Shown here: positions 15,401 through 24,400 of the stretch, in pieces
Numbering within the stretch: the first letter of the stretch is position 1
How the letters are laid out: each line of letters opens with the position of its first letter
From: an uncultured bacterium
GTDB taxonomy: Bacteria > Patescibacteriota > Minisyncoccia > Phycocordibacterales > JAACPR01
NCBI GenBank assembly: GCA_966677695.1
Contig: CBKWTF010000001.1
Coordinates: forward strand, 1-26,616
Reading direction: 5' to 3'
Length of the DNA: 26,616 nucleotides
Notes under the pieces: generated by a model
What the model was told of the DNA's origin: nothing
Databases searched by the model: none
What the model saw: only the letters and a program-made list of their open reading frames with translations
Made by a program: the position numbers and the translations under genes

Positions 15401-18400
15401 GATACGACCGCGACATTCTCTGCACCCGGTATCTACACTTTGCGCCTTACCGCAACCGACGGAACGCTGCAGGCGACTGACGACGTCGTCGTAAGCGTCG
15501 GAGGAGGAACGGGGGAGATCGTCCTTTCTGGAGAGCGAAAGCAGTGGCATAAGATTACTCTGACAATGGACGGTCCAAACACAAGCGAATCCGCATCGAC
15601 AAACCCATTCAGGGACTACCGTGTTGACGTAACCTTCACCCATCCCTCGTCAGGTACGACATATATAGTGCCCGGATATTATGCGGCTGACGGAAACGCT
15701 GCCGAATCTTCTGCGTCTGCAGGAAACAAGTGGCGCGCGCACTTTGCTCCGGACCGAACCGGAACGTGGAACTACTCAGTATCGTTCCGAACCGGATCAA
15801 ATGTCGCAATCGCAGCCAGCCGAACGGCCGGAACAAGCGCCGGATACTTTGACGGCCAGACCGGAAGTTTCTCGGTATCTGCTACCGACAAGTCAGGTAA
15901 GGACCTTCGAGGAAAGGGAAGACTCGTCTATGACGGAGAGCATTATCTTAAGTTTGCCGGAACAGGGGAGCGATTCATCAAGGCGGGAGTCGACTCACCG
16001 GAGAACCTTCTTGCCTATGAGGACTTTGACAATACGCCTCGAGTGGGTGGCGGAACGATCAAGAGCTATTCTGCCCATGCGGGAGACTATGCCTCAGGCG
16101 ATCCCGAGTGGCAGAACAACAAGGGAACCGAGCTTATCGGCGCAATCAACTACCTTTCAAGCGAGGGACTGAACGCGATATCGTTCCTGACATTCAACGT
16201 TGACGGTGACGACGGTAACGTATATCCGTTTACGGCTGAAAACGTAGAGGACCGATTCGACGTCTCAAAGCTCGACCAGTGGCAGATCGTATTCGACCAT
16301 GCGACCGCGAAGGGAATGTACCTGCACTTCAAGCTGATGGAGGCGGAGAACGACGGCAACCTGGTAACCGAGCAGTTCAAGCTGTATACCCGAGAGCTGA
16401 TCGCTCGATACGGGCACGAGCTTGCGCTCAACTGGAACTTGGGAGAGGAGAACGGACTGAGCGCTTCGATCTTGACCGATTGGGCTCAGTACCTCAAGGA
16501 TACGGATCCGTACCAGCATAACCGCGTACTTCATCTGCTCTGCGGTGACTTCGGCACATGTACAAGCAAGTACTTCGGCATGATGGGCAGCAACTCACAG
16601 CTCACCGGATTCTCACTCCAGGGAACTGACGCCTCAGATTTCCAGAATACGTTTGCACACGTGAAGGCGTTCGTTGACGAGTCAGCGGAAAGAGGAAAGA
16701 AGTGGGTGGTGGCGATGGACGAGCCGGGAGACTCATCAGCCGGAGTAAAGGCTGATACTGCAAGCAGCAACAACCAGGACATAGCGCGAAAGCACGGACT
16801 CTGGGGAACGATCATGGCCGGAGGACAGGGAGTCGAGTGGTACTTCGGATCCTCGGACGACATCGCGCTGCAGAACTTCAGGACCCGAGACAATTTCTAC
16901 GCATACAACAAGTACGCGGTCGACTTCCTGACCTCAAACGGACTTCCGGTAGCCGGACTGACGAACCAGAACTCGCTGATCAGCGGAGGAAGCGCGACGG
17001 GCAACAAGGTGCTTGCCAAGACGGGAGAAGTATATCTCGTGCAGCTTATCAACGGCGGAAACGCAACACTTAACCTGTCCGGCACGAGCGGAACGTTCAA
17101 CGTGAAGTGGCTCAACCCGCGGACAGGTGCGGTAACAACCGGTGCCAACGTGGCCGGAGGCTCCAGCGTAACCCTGAATGCGGCAGACTCAAATGACTGG
17201 GTCGTGCTGGTAAAGAGGGGAACAGGAACGGTTGATCCGGACCCGACCGGCGCATACCAGGAGAACGGAGGCGTAGTAGTCATCGAGGCAGAGAATACGG
17301 CGTCCGACCGGGAGGACGGTACCGACTTCTGGGCACTTCGAAGGCCGGGTGACTCACGATATGTCGCAAATGCGACAAACGACGCTCACCTTGAGTACCG
17401 AAGCAATACGTCGCTTGACGATACTCCGGGAGCGGTTCCTGTTACGTATACATTTAAAATTAACGAAGGAGGATATTACCAGCTGCATATCCGAGCGCAT
17501 AAGAATATTGAGGATGAGACACGGCCTGACCTGAACAATGATGCGTACATCAAGGTCAGCGGCGTAAACGGAAGCACCTACACCGCCGGTCCGAATGCGG
17601 GCAGCACGCACCTCAAGGACGCACCTCTCTCGATGCTTCAGAACTACACGAAGATTGCCGGAGGGTCAGACAGCACATGGGCATGGGCGGACCAGCTTGA
17701 CGCAGGAGGAGACAACAACAAGCGATGGCCGGTATACGGATTCCAGACCGGAGGAACCTATACGCTTACGATGTCAGGACGATCGCGAGGATTCGCGCCG
17801 GACCGATTCGTCTTCCGAAAGGTCGATGAGATTCCGATGCCGCTCGCCAAGAACTATGCGATACCAGAGTCGTCAAAGGTTGAAGGGGGTACAAATCCGA
17901 ACATTACGCCTATCACGAACGGATCAACCCAGGTGCGAACACTTGAATATGTGAATGTTCGAACCGTGCCGTCGGTAAGCGGAAATACGCCGCTTGGACG
18001 CATGCCGTTCGGATCACAGGGAACAATTATGGAAGGACCGGTCGTCTCGTCTGACAACCTGGTATGGTGGCGCGTAAACTTCGCCGCAACCTCAACTGAC
18101 GGATGGACCGGAGGCGACAACCTCGAGGTTATTCCCGGAACAGGAGGAGGGGATGAGAACCTGGCTCCTACCGTAAACGCCGGTGCCGACCAGGCCATCA
18201 CGCTTCCGACAAATTCGGTGACTCTTACGGGGACCGCTACGGATTCTGACGGAACCGTTTCGTCACGACAGTGGACAAAGGTAAGCGGAGGAACTGCCAA
18301 CCTTTCAGGAGCTACGACAAACACACTGAGCGTATCCGGTCTTGAGGAGGGGACATACGTATTCCGATTCACGGCAACCGACAATGAGGGGGCATCATCG

Positions 18401-21400
18401 TCCGACGAGATGACGGTAACGGTGAGCCGGCAGGTGGCAGTCGGGTCTGCGGTATACGTTCGGGCTGGAGCGGCCGGAAACGGAAGCAGCTGGACAAACG
18501 CGCTCGGATCAATTCCTCCATCGGCAAGTCTTGAGCGAGGAATGACATACTATATTGCTGACGGATCATACGGGTCATATCTCTTCGATAAGGCCAAGGA
18601 TGGAACTAAGCTTGTTACTTTCAAGAAGGCGACAGTCGCAGATCACGGAACTAACGAAGGATGGCAGTCTTCATACGGAGACGGTCAGGCAGTATTTACC
18701 TCGTTCAAGATCGATGGAACTGGATACTTCACGCTTGACGGAAACATCGGATCGGACAAGTTTGCGGAAAAGGGAATTCTTATCAGTTCGCAGAGCCGAC
18801 AGACAGCCTTTCGAATTGACGACTCTGACTACGTAACCATCGAGGGAATCGAGGTCGACGCCAACTACGACGATCGAATCTCGTGTAACGTTGCAGAGGT
18901 TATCGGGCAGGACATTTCGGACGGTGGATACAACACGACAAATATCACCATTAAGAAGAGCCACTTCCGAAACGGAGGAGACGATGGATTGGTGCTCTAC
19001 AACGTAAAGGACCTCATCTTCGAGGACAACGAAATATCGGATCTCTTCGGATACAATATTGAGGCGCATCCAACTGACGGTTGTGGAAACGGACACAGTG
19101 ACGGAATCGAGATCAAGACAGTTACGAATGCGGTCTTCAACCGAAACTACTTCCACTCAATCGACAAGACGTCGGCATTTCTTCCAAGTAACTGGACGTC
19201 GAACTACGGAACCGCATCAAGCGATGCCGAGGAGCGGAACATTACCGTAACGAACAACATCTTCCACACACCTAACGCATCCGGTGCCGTGTACGTGCAG
19301 CACATGAAGGACGCGAAGTTCTTCCATAACACGATCTCACAGGGACAGTATTCCGGAGTGATCATGGAAACAAAGGGAGATTACAAGATCGTCGAGAACT
19401 TCGACATAGCAAACAACATCATCTCCGCATTTGCAATCAAGGATGAGGTTGGAAACAGCCAACTCGACATCGACTACAATCTGCTTATCGGACCGGAGGT
19501 GCACTCGTTCAACCCGCACGTACCGTCGACAAACGATATTAACCTCGGTTGGGAGATGAACAAGGCCTTCCCTGCAAACCTATACGCTGGATCGGACGTG
19601 AACGCCCACTACGTACCGGGTAAGGGTCATCCGAACTGGGGACCTGAGGCATCGGCCTTTACGCCTGCTGCGACAAACCCTGGAATCAACAAGGGAAAGA
19701 CAGGACTTCCAACAAGCGTGACGATCGGCGGAGTAACGGTGGACATCTCGAAGGACTTCTTCGGAAACTCACGATCAGGAGCGCCTGACATGGGAGCCAT
19801 CGAGTTCTCGGGATCATCACAGGCAAACAGGCTCGTTGCGGTAACGGTCTTCGGGGCAGGAGACGTGACAGGTAATGGAATCTCATGCGGAGCAGACTGT
19901 TCAGAAGTGTACTCGTCAGGCGAGAGCGTGACTCTTACCGCAACGCCTCGACCAAATGCGACGTTCGCCGGATGGAGTGGAGCATGTGCCGGAACAGGAA
20001 CGTGTACCGTGACGGTAAGCGACTTCAAGAACGTCATCGCGACATTCAACGGAGGAATCGATCCGGACGCATGGCAGGTCGGAGATCGCGTTGAGGCGAC
20101 AAAGACCGTCCGAGTTCGATCGGGAGCCGGAACAGGATTTGCAACCGTTATCCCGGATCAGAACGAGGGTGCACAGGGAACCGTTACAGGAGGACCTGCC
20201 TCGGGATCAGGGTTGACATGGTACAAGATCAAGTATGACGGATATACAACCGAGGGATGGACAGGAGCAGACGGACTCGTGCGACTTTCGGGAGGAGGGG
20301 AGCCTGACAGCACGGCACCTACAGTTCCTGGAAACCTTTCAGAGGTATCCGTGACAAATACGTCAGCGTCGATCTCATGGACTGCGTCGACTGATGCGGT
20401 CGGAGTGACAGGGTATGAGATCCTTCGAAACGGATCAGTGGTAGGAAACTCAAATACCAACTCATACACGCTTACAGGTCTTGCAAAGGGAACTACCTAC
20501 ACGATTACGGTAAAGGCGTTCGACGCTGCGGGCAACAAGTCTGCCGCATCTGCAGCTTTGACCGTAACAACGTCAGACTCCGTCGACTCAATTGCGCCAA
20601 GCGTACCTGCTGGCCTCACAAAGGGAACAGTGACAAACACGTCAGCGTCGATCTCATGGACTGCGTCGACTGACAACGTCGAGGTAACTGGTTACGACAT
20701 CTACCGTGACGGTGCGCTTGTCGGATCATCGGCAGGTACTTCGTACTCAGAATCCGGATTGGCGAAGGCTACGACATATAGTTACACCGTCAAGGCAAAG
20801 GATGCTGCAGGAAACGTTTCTGCGCCATCGGCCATCCTGTCGGTAACGACCACGAACATCGAGTCGAAGATTCCAGTTCGAGTGAAGTCGTTCGGACCGA
20901 ACGGTACTCACTGGCCGGACAAGATCGATACGCCATTCATGTACGATGACACGGTCACGTCGATTGTCATCAACCCAAGCTGGACAGAGCTTCAGGCGGC
21001 GCTTGATAGCGTAACCAAGGCACAGGCAGATGCGGGACTTCGAATCCTTATCAAGCCGGGAACGATGGCAGGAAAGGGAATTACCGGAGGTTCTCAGAAG
21101 ATGATAGCCGACACCGGATCAGCAGCGTGGGACCAGCGAGTGGTGGTGGCTCCAAGAGACGGTTACGGAACCGTAACGTGGACCGGAGGAGTGCGAATCG
21201 AAAATGTCGAAGGGGTTGCCTTCGCTGGACTTAAGGTTGAAGAGCCGGGAATCCGATTCAAGGGTAATAATCGATCTGCTCTTGCGTGGATCAATATCTC
21301 AGGCGGAAACGCGACGCCTACCCAACTTCTCGTAGGGGCATCAAACGAGAAGTCTGTAGCTGATGTCGAAATTGTCGAGGTGGTAATGAGGGATTCCGAG

Positions 21401-24400
21401 GCGACAGACTCTGACGCTTCTGCGGTTCAGGGACTAAGCAGCGGGTCGAACTCAATCAAGCGAGTGACATATGCCGGGTCATATCTTGCACCTAAGTTCG
21501 TGACGGGAAGCGGACATACTGACACGCTTCAGTTTGCGACCGGAAACTACCAGGATCAGGTAGGCTCAAGCATCGTCGATACCGCGCTCTTCGGATCAAG
21601 CAACGCGACGCTCCAGGTAGGAAGTACAAACGGTCTCAAGATCGACCACTCGTTCCTTGTCGCCGGTGAGACATCGCTCTCACGATACCCGGTTCTTCCC
21701 GGGGGAGACGGGCCGGTAGAGGTAGTGTTCAACGGAGGTTCGACCGGAATGACGGCATACGATTCAATCTTTGTCGGAGGAATGGGAGCGCCGAAGTGGA
21801 CCGAGGTTCGAAACACTCGAACGGCTAAGGCAGGCAATACCCCATCACAAGGTGAGTGGACCGTAGACCCGAGCCTTTACGATATGAGGGACGATGCGGC
21901 AGGATACAAGAATCTCGTACCGTATCCTACTGACGCGTATCTTGCGCAGATCTGGGCAAAGGACGGAAATCCCGTTACATACCGAACCCTTACGATTAAC
22001 AAGACAGGATCAGGATCGGTAACAGGAGCGACATCAGGGGAGTCGTTCATGGACGGATCGAGCGTGATTCTTACTGCGGTGCCCGCAACAGGAGCGACAT
22101 TCACAGGATGGAGCGGGGCATGTACCGGAACGAACGCGACGTGTACGGTAGTCATGTCGGCAGACAAAACCGTTTCCGCATCGTTCTCTGCGGTTGCGAA
22201 TCCCGAGTATGCCATCACTATCGCAAAGACCGGAACAGGAACGGGAACGGTTTCAGGCGCTACGTCTGGACAGCAGTTCACATCAGGAACCGTCGTGACA
22301 CTGACAGCGACTCCTGCAAGCGGATCTACGTTCGCGGGATGGAGCGGGTCATGTGCGGGAACCAACGCGACATGTGCCGTGACTATGGATGCGGCTAAGT
22401 CCGTGACGGCAACATTCAACATCGCCACGGTCGCACAGTACACCCTGACAGTCTCAAAGAGCGGAACGGGAACAGGAACTGTATCTGGAAGCGCAGCCTC
22501 ACAGGCGTACAACTCGGGAACTGTGGTTACCCTTACGGCAACTCCAGACGCTTCATCAAACTTCACAGGATGGAGCGGGGCATGTACCGGAACGAACGCG
22601 ACGTGTCAGGTCACAATGAGCTCGAACAAGACGGTGACAGCAACGTTCGCAGCAAAGCCGGCAGACCAGGTCGCTACGCCGACATTCTCACCGACTTCGA
22701 CTTCGTCTGCGGACCCGATTACGGTGACGATCAGTTCGGCGACAACAGGCGCGACAATCCGATACACAACTAACGGAAGCACGCCTACGACAAGTTCGGC
22801 TCAGTACACAGGACCGATCACCGTCTCTTCATCACAGACAATCAAGGCGATCGCTACAAAGTCAGGAATGACAAACAGCGCCGTAGGGGAGGCGACATAT
22901 GCGATCGTTCCTGTCACGGGCGGAGCGGGTCCGTTCACCTCAAGCCTCAGCTGGCTGAACAAGTCCTTCCTTGAGCTGTCCGGAACAGCGAACCGAACCG
23001 GAATCTTCACGGTAACGTTCAACGCAACTCCGCTGGACAACGACATCGACGTCGTGACCGCGCTTACGGACGGAGCGGCTGACGGATTCAACGATCTTGC
23101 GGCAACGATCCGATTCAACAAGCTCGACCCTTCATACATCGATACGGTAAACGGGGGATCATACGATGTCGATGATGAGATCGTGTACGAGGAGGACGAA
23201 ACATATCCTGTTCGAATGGTCGTCGACGTTCCGAACCGACATTACTCCGTATGGGTAACGGTAAATGGGGTTGAGAGGCAGATTGCTCGAGATTACGCAT
23301 TCCGAACGGGAAGTGGCGTAACCCAGGTATCAAAGCTTACCAACTTCTCTATCCGAGCGGTTACCGGAACGCACCGAATTACGAACGTGGTGATCGGTCA
23401 GGACGGAGGATCGTCTGACACACAGGCTCCGAGCACGCCAGTCGGATTGTCGTCATCGAACGTCACAAGCTCATCGGCGACTGTCTCATGGAACGCGTCA
23501 AGCGATAACGTCGGCGTAACAGGATACGAGGTGCTGCGGGGAACAAGTGCCGGCAACTTGTCGACGGTCACGACCGTTACAGGAACCTCGTTCGTAGATA
23601 GTGCACTGTCTGCCAATACGACATACTACTACGCTGTGAAGGCAAAGGATGCTGCAGGCAATGTGTCAGCCGCGTCAAATGCGCTTACTGTCCGAACCAA
23701 CAACGTTGCGGACATTCAGGCGCCTACTGTGCCTACAAACGCGCAGACATCTCGAGAGTCAACAACGAGCGTCCTTATAGAGTGGACCTCGTCGAGCGAT
23801 AACGTGGGAGTGTCGTACTACAACATCTACCGAGACGGATCCGTCGTGGCTACAAGTCCGTACCCTGCATACGAGGACTCAGGACTGACACCGAATACCA
23901 CATATGTATACCGGGTTTCCGCAGTTGACGGAGCCCAGAACGAATCCGGGCTGTCCTCAGCGGTAAGCACGCGGACACTAAGCGATGTCGACGACATTGC
24001 GCCTGAGATCCGATCGTTCTCTGTGCCTTCGACCTCAAATTCCCTTACTGTCGCTGTCAACTCATTTGCGGCAAGCGACAACGGAGAAACGGTAGAGTAC
24101 TACATCACGGAGAGCGAAGCGGTTCCTTCGGGACCATCCGTTGCGTGGTCATACGCCGCGCCGACAAGCTATACGATCAAGAGTGGTATCGGAAGCGGAA
24201 CGTATACGCTTTATGCATGGGCACGTGATGCGGCGGGAAATATCTCAACACCGCGAATTGCCACAGTTGTCGTGACGCTTCCGGATACGATCCTTCCAGA
24301 GGTGGTCATCACGGCTCCCGCAGCAAACTCACTGGTATCAGGAACGTCGGTTGCGATTAGCGCGACCGCCACTGACAACGTCAGGGTGGCTTCGGTCCAG

